Shown here in pieces: positions 37,400 to 49,364 of a stretch of DNA of 64,000 bases (its first letter is position 1; every line of letters starts with the position of its first letter). Source of the DNA: Camelus ferus (Eukaryota); the NCBI RefSeq assembly GCF_009834535.1, contig NC_045696.1, positions 64,110,001-64,174,000 of the forward strand, read 5' to 3'. Under the pieces are notes generated by a model. It had not been told where the DNA came from and made no database searches. It worked only from the letters and a program-made list of their open reading frames with translations. Made by a program: the position numbers and the translations under genes.

Positions 37400-39699
37400 A
37401 AAGGCTTTCTCCTAGTTTCATGTATTACAAAGTGAGCAGTTTCTTTTTGGCCTGCATTTGACTTCAATTTTGACAATTTGTGCTCTATGGGAAAGCAAAA
37501 ATTCCATTTAAGCCACTGGATCAATCACTTTTAGAAACACAACTTATGATTTTGGCAAATAACATTTAGTTCTGAATATTGCCTGTGGTCAAAACATTTC
37601 ACAGTGAGTACAATGGAACTAGTCACTTTTAATCTACTGAAATTTTGTTGATCTGTAAATTACCCAAGCTAGTATTTACTCTCAACAGAGATGGAATGTT
37701 CAGAATGTTTCAGGAACAGTGTTAAATGCTTTGTATGCATTAACTCTTCAGCTTTTCACAATCCTAGAAATAGTTAATGTTATTACTCCCATTTATGAAG
37801 GAGGAAATTGAGTCATCAGAAGTAAAGTGGATCACCCAAGGTCATGTATCTGGTCAAGTTGTAAAGGCACAATCTGAACTTGGTTTTCTCATGCCATATC
37901 CCCAGCTTTTAACTGTGACATCAGACTACTTTCATTGCATTTTACAACCAGCCACATTTTTCACATGAGGAATCTAAATTTCAGTGAATGAAATCCTTTA
38001 CCCAGATCACATTAACTTGTAAGTGATGGAGCAAGAAACAGAAGTGGGAGCTTCTAGGAGGCAACGGGGTGGTGTATAAAGAACAGAGGCTCTGCAGACA
38101 ATCCTGGATAGGCTTCTAAATTGTGACCTTAGGCAATGACCTCTGTCAAAAGATACACATATTTCAATTACTCCTAATCCAAGCTACTTCTGTAATCTGC
38201 GCCTAGGAAAAAGACCATTAAGAATGTGCTACTGCTCCTGGTATCTGGAATACAGAATTCTAGTGGGGAACAAAAAAGTGAGGGAATATCACTGCTTTGA
38301 GACTCAGGTCCATGTGAAGATGGACACAACCTCTGTGCTATTCAACTCCACTAATAGGTGGCAGATCTGGGGTCCTCACCCCATGGAACACTGCCCGTTT
38401 CCCTGGCCAACCATGATTCAGTAAATTGCAACTCCAAACTGAAATAATCACCGCTTTCCTCCTCTGACTGAATTTGTTACCAAACCACCCGCTAACACTG
38501 ACTGGGGGCTTCCTTTGTGCTCAACACCTTACACTTCTTGTTCAGTATTCACAACTATTCTTCCCGAGGTGTGCTGTTAATATCCCCTAAGTACAGAGAT
38601 GGAAACTGAGACTTACAGAAGCTAAACCCTAAATAGGTGGCAAAACTTACTTTACTGCAAGGAGTCACATATAATGGGTTCAAGATTCTGAACCCATTAT
38701 CTTTACAAGACCTCTGGATTCTATTCATCTTCCTCTTAGGGCACACATATTGTTCCAGGCTCCCTCCACTACCCTGCATTTCTTAGTGGATTTTACCAGA
38801 AGTGAATCAATATTTAGAAGAAATCTGAGTGACTTTTACGGCATCAGAAGAATAATCATTTAGAACAATTAAACTATACTTGAGGTTAATTGTTCAAAAT
38901 GGAAACGTGACAAATTCAAAATCACATAAACATTGGCAAGCAGATTGGGAGTAGATTGAAAGGATGCCAGATAAAGTAGAGATTTGATTCCTTTAGCTGA
39001 AACCTCAAATCCCATATCTAGCTGCATAAACTCTGGGAAAACTAAGAAATGATAGAAAGGAATTTTATCAAGTTTTATGAGGCCAGTTTATCAAGTAAGC
39101 AAACACATTGCTTCTACTCATCTCTGCTCTTGGAGCTACACATTTCTGAAAGTTACTCTGACATTTACAAGTTCTTTAATATCTATCCATCATCTATCTC
39201 TCTATCTGTCTGTCATTTATCCATCTACTATCTATCTACTTACCTATTTTTTAACAGATAAGGAAGAAAACTGTTGATATTTTGATTGAGCTGTCCCCAG
39301 CCACAAACGGCATCTTTCACAGAAATTTATCTTGGTTATTAGGAATGTGGTTTCATCTCTGCTCCAGTGTATGTCAGCACTTCCCAATCATCCACACTAG
39401 GAGGCAGCTACTGTTTTCCCATTTCACCAAACTGCCTATTTCCCATATAAATCCCTTCTTTTTTTCTCATAGAAATCCCTTTCTTTTTTCATTCCTTTCT
39501 CAAATTTTGCTGCCATCATCTCTTTCTCAATGCAATCCTATTAAAGTAATTAAGGTAACTTCCACCTGCTTGGAACAGTGTCTAATAAAAACAATTCACA
39601 TATATAAATACAGTGGTCTCAGTAAAAGTGCACTGTTCTTAAGTGTACTTCAATGACTTCTATCACCAGTTAGTTAAATGGGATTGCTAATGACTAATC

Positions 39700-41960
39700 C
39701 TCAAACTGAATATACTTCTCCATTTATTTAGATCTTTGCTCTCAGCAATAATATGTAGTTTTTAACTTAGAGGTCTTTCACAATTTTGTTAGAACTATTA
39801 CAAGGTAATTGATTTTTTTTCCTTTGATGGTACTTATTACAAATAATATTTAACTTTATTCTCTAATTGTTCATTACCAGTACATACAAATACAGCTCAT
39901 TTTTCTATATTGACTGTATATGTAGAAATCCATATATTTTCTATATTGATCCAGCAGCCTTGATAAATTCACTTATTAATTCTAATAATTTGTACATTCT
40001 TTTGACTTTATGTACATAATCACATTGTCTGCTCATAAAGAGAGTTTTACTTCTTTTCCCCCAACTTTATTGAGATATAATTGACATAACATTTTGTAAG
40101 TTTAAGATATACAACATGTTGACTAGATATACTTGAATATTGTAAAATGATTACCACCATAGTGTTAGCTAAATCCTCCAACACCTCATGTAATTACTTT
40201 TTTTGTATGTGTGGTGAGAATATTTAAGACCCACTCACTTATCAACTTGCAAGTATATAATATAGTATTGTTACTTTTCATTTTCCAATTATTTTAAACT
40301 TTATTTCTTGTTCTTGCCTTATTACACTGGTTAAGACTTCTGGTACTACAGTGGATATTAGTGGTGATTGTTGATAATCTTATTTTGCTTGTGATCTCAA
40401 GAGGGGAGTTGTTCAATATTTCATCATTAAGCATGATGCTAGCTGAATGATGTTCCTATCTATCACTAGTTTGCTGAAAGGTTTCTTTCTTTTTTTAAAA
40501 AAAAATGTATTGGTGTTCAGTTTTATGAAAGTTTCTCTGTATCTACTGAGATCACCTTATGATTTGCCTCCTGAATGTTAACATACCAAAATGCAATGAT
40601 TTACATTGATTGATTTTCAAATCTTTGTAATCCTAGAATAAACTCCATTTAGTAATAATGCATTGCCTTTTTCATATATCACTGATTTGGTTAAATAGTG
40701 TATTTCAAGATTATTCCATCCATGTTTCTGACAGATCTTAGCCTATAATTTTCCTTTCCTGTAACATACCTATCAGACTTTGGTATCTGAATGTGCTGGC
40801 CTCGTAAAGCTCATTGGGAGCATTCCCACCTCCTCTATTTTTAAAAGAGTTTGTGAAAGATTGATATCACTTCTACCTTAAATATTTGAAAAGATTCACA
40901 AGCCATTTGAGCTTGAAGTTTTGTTTTATTTTTGTTTTTGTTTTTTTGTAGAAAGGCTTTTAGTTACACATTAATTTTCTTTAATAACCATAAAAACATT
41001 CAGATTTATTTGAGCTTATCAATTTTATTAACCTTTCAGAGTAAAAATTTGGCATTATTGAGTTTCTCTATGGTACGTCTGCTTTCTATTTCATTCATTT
41101 GTTTTCTTTATTATTTCCTTCCTTATGTGTTAAAATCTCTAATGAGAGTGAATTTAAGTTCTATCAATTTTTCTTTATAAATTTTGAAATCATGTTTATA
41201 GGTGCACAAAAATTTAAGATTGTTACATCTCTCTGTTGAGTGGATCTTTTAGCTTATGAAATGTCTTTCTTTTTCTCATAATACTTCTTTCCTTAAAGTC
41301 TGTTTTGTCTGATATTAATATAGCTATGCTGATTTTCTTTCATTAGTCTTCGCATGCTGTATTTCCCCCTTCTTTATCCTTTTAATCTCTCTGCTTCTTT
41401 GTATTTATATAAGGTGTGTCTCTTGTATAGAGCATATAGTGGACCTTCTTTTATTATCGAGTCTGACAATCTTTGCTTTGAATCATAGAATTAGGGCTAT
41501 TTACATTTAAAATAATTACTGATATTGAGTGAAAGTTTATAATGTTATTTGTTTTCCATCTATTCTGTCTATTCTTTGTTCTTTTCTTCACTTTACACTA
41601 TATAGTATAATGTCCCATAGCGTCCACATTGACTTCATACATTTTGTTTTTAATGGCTGCACAATAGCCCATTGTTTTGACTCACATCTTATTGAACCAT
41701 TAGCTATTATTTATTTCTTCTAATAACTTCACTATTACAGATAATGCTGCACTGAATATCTTTATATACATCACTTTCCACTTTCTGTATTATTTCCTTA
41801 GGTTATATTTTTGAGTATGGAATTACTGATTCAAGGGATAGAAATATCTTTATAACTCTAAATACAATTTGTCCCCTTATTTTCCCCAAAGAATTACTCC
41901 AATTTATAAGGTTATTAGCAGTAGGTAGCTATAGTAATTTCTTTGCAGTCATGATAGCAT
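39700..41960 (-). mobile_element. Ancient L1 (L1ME/L1MC-type) fragments with a nested L1MA-type 3' end at ~40055-40275
   Basis: T-rich degenerate antisense L1 ORF2 text; nested actttattgagatataattgacataac…. Approximate. Confidence 0.7.
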
Positions 41961-43375
41961 TGTGAGTTCCTTTTTTAATAAAAAAAAATTGTTGTATGGA
42001 AAAGAACAGAAGGGGAACCAGAATTATGATTACCAATGTCATTGCTGTGTGTAAGTAAACAGAAAAATGGGAAATCATTTACAAACATTCTCATTTCAGC
42101 TACAAGCCAGACTAAAATTCCAAACCATTCTGTTTCTATTTTGCATACACTTGGGCTTTGGCAATAAGCCTTTGTAAATAACTTAGGAAGATAATGCATA
42201 TTAATGACATAATATGTGAACTGGCATATACTTTTTATTTAAGTCTAATAAATCTGTAATTCACAAATAAAACCAAAACAGGTTTACAAAACTAGAGGAA
42301 AGATATGAAGAGAGAAAGGAGATCCAACTGAAAATATGCTTAAAATCACACTGAACATGTTTCTAAGTTACATTTAAATCTTATCATGAGTAATCTCCAA
42401 ACAGAGTGGCTGCATCACTAAACTTAATGATCATTTTTTTCCCCAGGTGATAGTGCTGAGGAACAGTGGGAAGGAACTCTTAACATTGTAATTATTTTGC
42501 TGAGCACTGAAGGGACATCATCTCATTTGAGCACAAGTAACCCTGGAAGGCACATATTTCTAATCAGTAGAAGAGTAAATTGGGATTCTCTAGACGTGAA
42601 ATGATTTGCCTAAGGTCACATAGTTGATAACTAGCAGAGTGGTGACTCAAACGTATGTCTTTGCTTCTTAAGCCTGTGAACTTTTCAATACGTTTAAGGA
42701 TTACTTTCAACAACTGTTAATTAAAATCTTGATCTACCACAGAGTTCTTTATTAGAAAATACTAATGAAAATGATCACATTGAAGATCAAAAAAATTTTC
42801 CATAGAACTAAGCCAAGAGATTTATTATTACATGATCTAAACTGGCATAAAGTTCAGGCAGATTCCATCACTTAAAGTGTTATAGAAACTCAGTAAAAAC
42901 CTCTATCCTTAGGGTATATTTTTGAGTGTGGAATTACTGATTCAAAGGGTAGAGTAACAATGTCATTCATATTCAGGAGCCCTCTGGGTCATCTAAATAC
43001 TACTAAAACTCCTATTTTTGACATTTAAAAAGCAATACTATGAATTTATTTCATTGTAGAGGATGGAAACTATAAATTAGATTTAATTAAGCAAATTGCC
43101 TATTTGTCTTCCCCTAAAACCACATCCACATCTCAAGTCTTAACTCATAACAAATGTTAACTAATCTATTATTAGAACTGGAAATATTTTCAGCAGGTAA
43201 ATCTCAGGGTAAATACCTATAAGTTGTCTTTTGAAAGTCTTTCATGCCCACAGATAATCTCTTAATTTATATCATCCTACTGTGTTAGAAAATAGTACAC
43301 TTACACTTTCAGTCCTTCTCAATCATATATTATAAAACAAATCTGAATTTGAATAAAGGAAGATATGTAAGTATG

Positions 43376-43842
43376 TACTCAGCCATAAAAAAGAAAACAA
43401 TGCCATTTGCTGCAACATGGATGGACCTGGAGATCATCATTCTAAGTGAAGTAAGCCGGGAAGAGAAACAAAAATACCTTCTGATATCATTCATATGTGG
43501 ACTCTAAAAAAAAAGGAAGAAAAAGAAGCAAATGAAGCTTATCTATAAAACAGAAACAGACTCACAGACATAGAAAATAAACTTCTGGTTACCGGGGGTA
43601 CAACGGGTGGGTAGGGATAAATTGAGAACTGTAGATTTGCAAATACTAACTACTATATATAAAATAGGTAAACAACAAATTTCTTTTGTATAGCACAGGG
43701 GACTATATTCAGTATCGTGTAGTAACCTATAATGAAAAAGAATATGAAAATGAATATATGTATTTAATGTCTGATTGAAACACTATGCTGTACACCAGAA
43801 ATGGACACAACATTGTAAACTGACTATACTTCAATTTAAAAA
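43376..43842 (+). mobile_element. L1 3' end with TSD
   Basis: TSD aagatatgtaagtatg (43360-43375) and aagatatataagtatg (43843-43858). Confidence 0.9.
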
Positions 43843-44247
43843 AAGATATATAAGTATGGATCATATCAGTCATAATTTTATCTTCCTCCAGGAAATTCAT
43901 ATTAATAATTTTTTAAAAACCTCATATCTAAGGTAAATCTGGTCCAAAACATGAGGTATTTTATAGAAATCTGAGGTGATGCTTACCAGTATTTAGAACC
44001 AGATAAGTCTGCCCACTCCTTGCTCCTGCTGTCTGACGTTTTAGTCCCACATGTCAGGGTAGCAAAATAGGTCCTTCCTTGTTTTTTTATGCTATCAGCT
44101 GACAGCTGTAAGCAATCAATTTGATTCAACCAGCCAAAACCAGATTTCTCCACCAGCTAACACCCCTGCCTCTAAAGTTTGTGTCTTGGAACAAAACGAT
44201 GTGTTTATGTGGGGGGAAAAAAGAGTGATCTTTTATTTAATCTCCAG

Positions 44248-44421
44248 GAGGTGTTTGGTTACCAGACCAGAAATCTACGCAGAGCCCTCTGCCTCCTAAC
44301 CTCTGTGCTGACGTGTGGAGCCCTTCTGCTGGTGTTCTACTGGAAGCCCCAGTGGAGGGTGTGGGCCTCCTGCATCCCGTGCCCCTTGCAAGAAGCAGAC
44401 ACTGTTTTGCTAAGGACAACG
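44248..44421 (+). CDS. ATP13A5: ATP13A5 coding exon 2 (EVFGYQTRNLRRALCLLTSVLTCGALLLVFYWKPQWRVWASCIPCPLQEADTVLLRTT)
   Basis: Acceptor tctccag; donor ACG|gtgcgt. 174 nt, phase 0-0. Encodes the P5-ATPase N-terminal hydrophobic segment. Confidence 0.95.
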
Positions 44422-44508
44422 GTGCGTACCCTTCTGTGTCACATCTGTGCCACACCTTGTGACTGGCCAGCATTCCAGAGTGGATCTCCCTCTATTTGAG
44501 AGTTTCCT

Positions 44509-44660
44509 GGGGGGAAGGTATAGCTCAGTGGTAGAGGATGTGCTTAGCATGCATCAAGTCCTGGGTTCAATCCCCAGTACCTCCATTAAAAAATAAATAT
44601 TAAAATAAATATTTAAATAAACCTAATTATCCTCCCCTCCAAAAAAAAAAAAAAAGAAAA
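44509..44660 (+). mobile_element. tRNA-derived SINE (camelid Vic-1-like), full length with TSD
   Basis: A-box tagctcagtgg, B-box gggttcaatccc, A-rich tail. TSD agagtttcc at 44499-44507 and 44661-44669. Confidence 0.9.
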
Positions 44661-45006
44661 AGAGTTTCCCTGTCTCCAAATAAAACATGGGGAAAACCAT
44701 CTCTGCTATCTATTTCCCATCTCTTACTTCGACCCAGGAACGAAGGACAGTTCCTCCACGTCAGCCTGGAGAAATTTCTACCCTGACAGGCTAATTGTGA
44801 GCGCTCTTCGCCATTACCCGAGCAGGGGTGTCAGTGTTATAGCTCTTAAAGACACAACACGGGAATGTTTGTTCAAATTTTCCAAAAATATGTATTTTGA
44901 GGGAAATTACATATTTTAAACATCTAGATGTCATTTTAAGATAGCCAGAAACTCTTCTGGTTTCAAACTTTCTCGCAAAGTGTATCTTTCTCCTTATTCC
45001 CTAGTA

Positions 45007-45192
45007 CAGGGGTTCTCAAATTTTAGTGCAAATCAGAATTACCTGGCGGGCTCCTTAAAACACAGACTGCTGGCCCCACCCCAGAATGTGTGATTCAGTA
45101 GGTTTAGGGTGAGGCTGAGAATCTGCATTTCCAGAAAGTTCCGAGAGAATGTTGACGCTGCTTTCTTGTAGCCCAAACTTCGGGAACCACTG
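45007..45192. mobile_element. MER5A hAT MITE, full length
   Basis: Terminal inverted repeats caggggttctc…gggaaccactg; degenerate 8-bp TSD ccctagta/gtctagca. Confidence 0.85.
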
Positions 45193-45277
45193 GTCTAGCA
45201 CTTGGTAGGTACTTGGTTGACTGAGGGCTTTATTGAATAACACTGGAGAATATCATGGGCTGGACTGTCTTCTCTAG

Positions 45278-45424
45278 GATGAATTTCAAAGATATACAAG
45301 GAAGAAGGTAATCTGCCTCTACTTATCCATGCTGAAGTTCCCTATAAGCAAGAACCCAGAGGAACCCGTGGTGGCTGACTGCCACTCTGTCATAAACCAA
45401 GCCGTATTAAAGCCAGAATTAAAA
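45278..45424 (+). CDS. ATP13A5: ATP13A5 coding exon 3 (DEFQRYTRKKVICLYLSMLKFPISKNPEEPVVADCHSVINQAVLKPELK)
   Basis: Acceptor cttctctag; donor AAA|gtaagt. 147 nt, phase 0-0. Confidence 0.93.
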
Positions 45425-45640
45425 GTAAGTGATTTTAAGAGTGCAATGTTATGGCATGTCTTTGCTAAAAATAATAATAATAATAATATTTATTAAATGG
45501 AAGTTCTGAAAATCTGGGAATTACAGCCTTGTCTCAAGGAAAGTGAGAGCCACGTGGGGACCTGGATTAAACAACCCTCACCTCCCCTGATGGGCTTTAC
45601 TCTGTGAGTGACATCTGTTCTATTGCATTTGTAATTGCAG

Positions 45641-45711
45641 CTGCGTTGTATCCAAGTGCAGAAAATCAGGTATGTTTGGGACAACTTGGAGAAGAGGTTT
45701 CAGAAAGTTGG
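45641..45711 (+). CDS. ATP13A5: ATP13A5 coding exon 4 (LRCIQVQKIRYVWDNLEKRFQKVG)
   Basis: Acceptor attgcag; donor TGG|gtaagt. 71 nt, phase 0 to 2. Confidence 0.93.
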
Positions 45712-45816
45712 GTAAGTCTGAGTTTTTTCTCAGTGCTCATCGGGATATAAGGGAAGAACAGCGATTGGTTGAGTAGCATGAACTGAAGTGCGGTTCCTGT
45801 CCTGACCACATCCTAG

Positions 45817-45897
45817 GTTGCTCGAAGATAGCAACTCCTGCCATGACATCCATCATACGTTTGGGCTGGGTCTGACTAGTGAAGAACAAGAGGTCAG
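45817..45897 (+). CDS. ATP13A5: ATP13A5 coding exon 5 (GLLEDSNSCHDIHHTFGLGLTSEEQEVR)
   Basis: Acceptor tcctag after a 105-nt intron; donor CAG|gtaggt. 81 nt, phase 2-2. Confidence 0.93.
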
Positions 45898-46289
45898 GTA
45901 GGTTTTTGTGGTACCCCCCGAGAAAACTCCGCCAGCAGAACTGAAATTTCAAATAGCTTATGATCAGTGAATTGTTGACATAATGCTTCATCAACTTCAA
46001 TAACCCCAGTTCATTTACCAGCGTCAGAGAGATAGTCTTAAATTATTCTCATCTTAGACAAGCTTATTAAAAAGAAAAGAGTAAAAAAATGCAATCAAAT
46101 TACATTGGATATTTTCTCTCAGGACTGTAGAGCAGTATTCTCTGTGTTGTCTTTTTTCTTTCCTTAAAAAGATCTTGAGTCATTTCATAAACAGGCAGCA
46201 TCTTAATTCTCTAAATCCTTGGAGAGACAGAAAGACAATATAATGGCTGCATCTTACTACGGAGAACCAGCCCTGGAGATGAGAATTTT

Positions 46290-46530
46290 GTCTGTTCAGT
46301 TAATTGTGTTATTCACCACTGTATTTACAGCACCTAGAACAGTGCCCAATTCATGGTAGAAACTCAATAGATATTTGTGGAAGGAATGAATAAATAAATG
46401 CACTCATTGATCTGTTAACTAAACTCCTCAAATATTCCAGGCATTTTGCAAGGCGGTAGGGAGCTAAGGATAAATAAGACTTAGTCATCATCCCAGAGAC
46501 ATTGACTGGCTAGTGGGAAAGACAGGACAA
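46290..46530. mobile_element. L2 3' end fragments (two, in opposite orientation)
   Basis: cagcacctagaacagtgcc…ctcaatagatatttg…gaatgaataaat, followed by cactcattg…ccaggcatt…ataaataagac. Confidence 0.65.
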
Positions 46531-47908
46531 GGGTAAGTGGTACAGTTGTGAGAACTGTAGATGCACACAGATTAGGGAGTAATAGTGAAATAGTAGCACT
46601 GGAAATAGACTACTCAGTTAACTCACGTGATCTAGAGTCCCTGCTTCTGTCATCTATAAGTTTGAAATGATAAATCCTAGTGAGTCTGCCAAGTCAACCA
46701 TCGCAAGACTTCCCAAGAATCTTATTAATCACCTTCATCTCTTGCCCAATTTAGGACAAGAAGAAGGATCTGCCTGACCTTCTTCACAGTTAGTGAAAAA
46801 TACAAATTCTCAAGCTAAGAAGCAATCTGGTACTTAAAAGACAGGCTCTTGGGTCCTATTCCATAATTCTGATTTAGTGGGTAGAAACTAGGGGGAGTGG
46901 TGAGAGAAGAAATTCTGCATTTTTAGCAAACACCCCCGTGATCTGTATTCACACCAAGCCTGAGAGTTACTGATCTGTTATTGTTTTCAAGTTTTCCCTC
47001 TGAACAGTATGAAAAATGAACCAGGCATCTAGACGATGACAGTATTACAAAATGCCTTAGAAATGGTATCATTATATAAGATTTCAGGATGCAATGCTTA
47101 ATACATTGAAACAGAAAAAGTTTTCAAAGTCATTAAAAACATATTGGTTTAATAACATTAAGCACAAGACATTGAAAGGATTGATTGATTTAGGAAATAG
47201 AGTTGATAAATGTATCAGAGTAGGTAGTACTCTGCCTAGGAAACCATTTCCACAGGAAAGATTTCCCATCAGTGTAGCCACCTCATGTTTGTTCTTATAT
47301 CTCAAGTGCCAAGCTTTAATAAGCATCATACATAATTAAATTTAGATCCGGTCCACACAATAAAGAACTTGACAATCTAATAAGCAAGACAAAGGGTATA
47401 GTTTCCCAAATATGAAGAATAGAGGGGATAATCTACTTAGAAACATAAAGTCATGTTTTATTTTCTGAGTTTTTCTATTTGGAGAGTAAAGAGAGTAAGT
47501 AGAATGTGGAACATCTGCCCCCTGCACCCAGTCTTCCTCCTTGTTTTTTAGTGGAAGACTGAAGACTTTTTTCAAAAATTTAATGTGATTGATTAGTTGG
47601 TTGAGTAATATCTTACCAATTTCCTCAATGAATTTAAGCTTGCTGGCATGAAAAGCAAGGACCCAATATAAGAAATAAAGAAAGGGAAATACATAAAAAA
47701 ACCTCTAATTATGAAAAGCCACAAGAGTCTAAATATATCCTCTTTTAGGCTTCCTAGCAGCCGAAGAGAAAATGCACAGACGTATGTAATTCTCATTTTT
47801 CTGTTGCAAAAAGCAAATTAAGGCATCAAGAGTGATAACTTGTCCCTTAAATCACCAGAGGGCATCAGGAAGAAAGCAGGCAAATTATTCCAGAGGTTCC
47901 CTGCCACA

Positions 47909-48386
47909 TAATATTTGTCTTTCTCTTTCTGGCTTACTTCACTTAAAATGACAATATCCAGGATCATCCATTTTGCTGCAAATGGCATTATTTCGTTCTT
48001 TTTTATGGCTGAATAGTATTCCATTGTGTGTATATATGTGTGTGTGTGTGTGTATCACAACTTCTTTATCCAGTGATTTGCTGATGAACATTTAGGTTGC
48101 TTCCATGTCTGGCTATTGTATATAGTGCTACCAAGAATATTGGGGTGCATGTGTCTTTTTGAATTAGAGTTCCCTCCAGATATATACTAAGAAGTGGGAT
48201 TGCTGGATCATAAGGTAATTTTAAGTTTTTTAAGGAACCTTCATACTGTTTTCCATAATGGCTGCACTAAACTATTTTCCTACCAACATTGTAGGAGAGT
48301 TCTCTTTTCTCTACACCCTCTCCAGCATATATCATTTGTGGACTTCTGAATGATGGCCATTCTCACTGGTGTGAGGTGATACCTCA
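47909..48386 (-). mobile_element. L1 ORF2 C-terminal fragment
   Basis: ORF track MEYYSAIKKNEIMPFAAKWM is typical of the L1 ORF2 end. Confidence 0.9.
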
Positions 48387-48886
48387 GTGTATTAGGACAG
48401 TTTTGGGATGACTCTTCATCTTCCTTCCACTCAGCCCACCCTGCTCCTGCCTCTTTTGTTTAGCTTCCTGAAAAGAGAAGGGGAACTTTCTGGCAGTACA
48501 AGTCCAGGTACCTCCTGACTGGGGGTAGGTTCCAGACCAGCCACCTTGCTGGTAACCCAGAACTCGGGAAGGAAAAAAGTGTTGATGGATATGGTTTTCC
48601 AATTTCTATGATGGGAATGATCCAACTATGGCTGATTTCAATGTGACGTCACTGACCATGGAGCTGTGAAGAGGTGCTCACAATTAGCTCAGTGATTCCA
48701 CAGGACCAAACTTAATTCTCAACGCTTGTCACACCATGGGGCAAAAGGCATGTCTGTTGTTACGAGAAGACAGAAATCATCTGGGGGACAAACAGCAGAG
48801 GAGGGTGGATTTTCCATCAGTGCTAAGCTCCAAGCTGGTGGAGGCTGTTCCAGAAGAAGAGAAAAAAAGAAGTAAGAGGAAGGCAG

Positions 48887-49364
48887 TGTCAACTAAAATA
48901 AATGCGAAGCCTAAAAGTTAAGAGTCATGTTTTATTTGGCAGGAGGACTCGAGCCAGGATGACAGCCTCTCAGATCTCTCTGAGGGATGGCTCCCAAGAG
49001 GTAGGGGAGGAGCTAGGATATATAGGAGCTTTTACAACAAAGTCCAGGTAGTTGGAACAATAAAAGATTACTTGTTATCTAAAGAAAACCAGGCATCTCA
49101 AGTTAAAGAATTTAGTGCTTTTCTTTGTATGGGAGGAAGCAAACATTTGGGCTCACTGAATTCATTCCTTTTACAAGCACTTAGCTATCTAGTACCAGTA
49201 TCTTATCCTTTCTTCTTTTGAGTCCCCTCAGAGGGCACCACTGTGAGTGGCTGCAGAGGCAGGGCTGCAGGCTTGTCTTCCCTGGGGTGTGGCGGCGGCT
49301 GATGACTTGATGGCTTCAGCATTCTTTGTTTACTTATACGGTTTGCAGTATTTTTCCATTCACA
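48887..49364 (-). mobile_element. ERV1 solo LTR, MER41-like, 478 bp
   Basis: TG…CA termini and 4-bp TSD GCAG (48883-48886, 49365-49368). On the minus strand, TATATA at 49019-49024 precedes AATAAA at 48931-48936. Resembles recalled artiodactyl MER41-type LTRs. Confidence 0.8.

Noticed and set aside
44509..44585. Possible tRNA gene
   Set aside because: Has an A-rich tail, a TSD and two diverged sibling copies in the window, so it is a SINE head.
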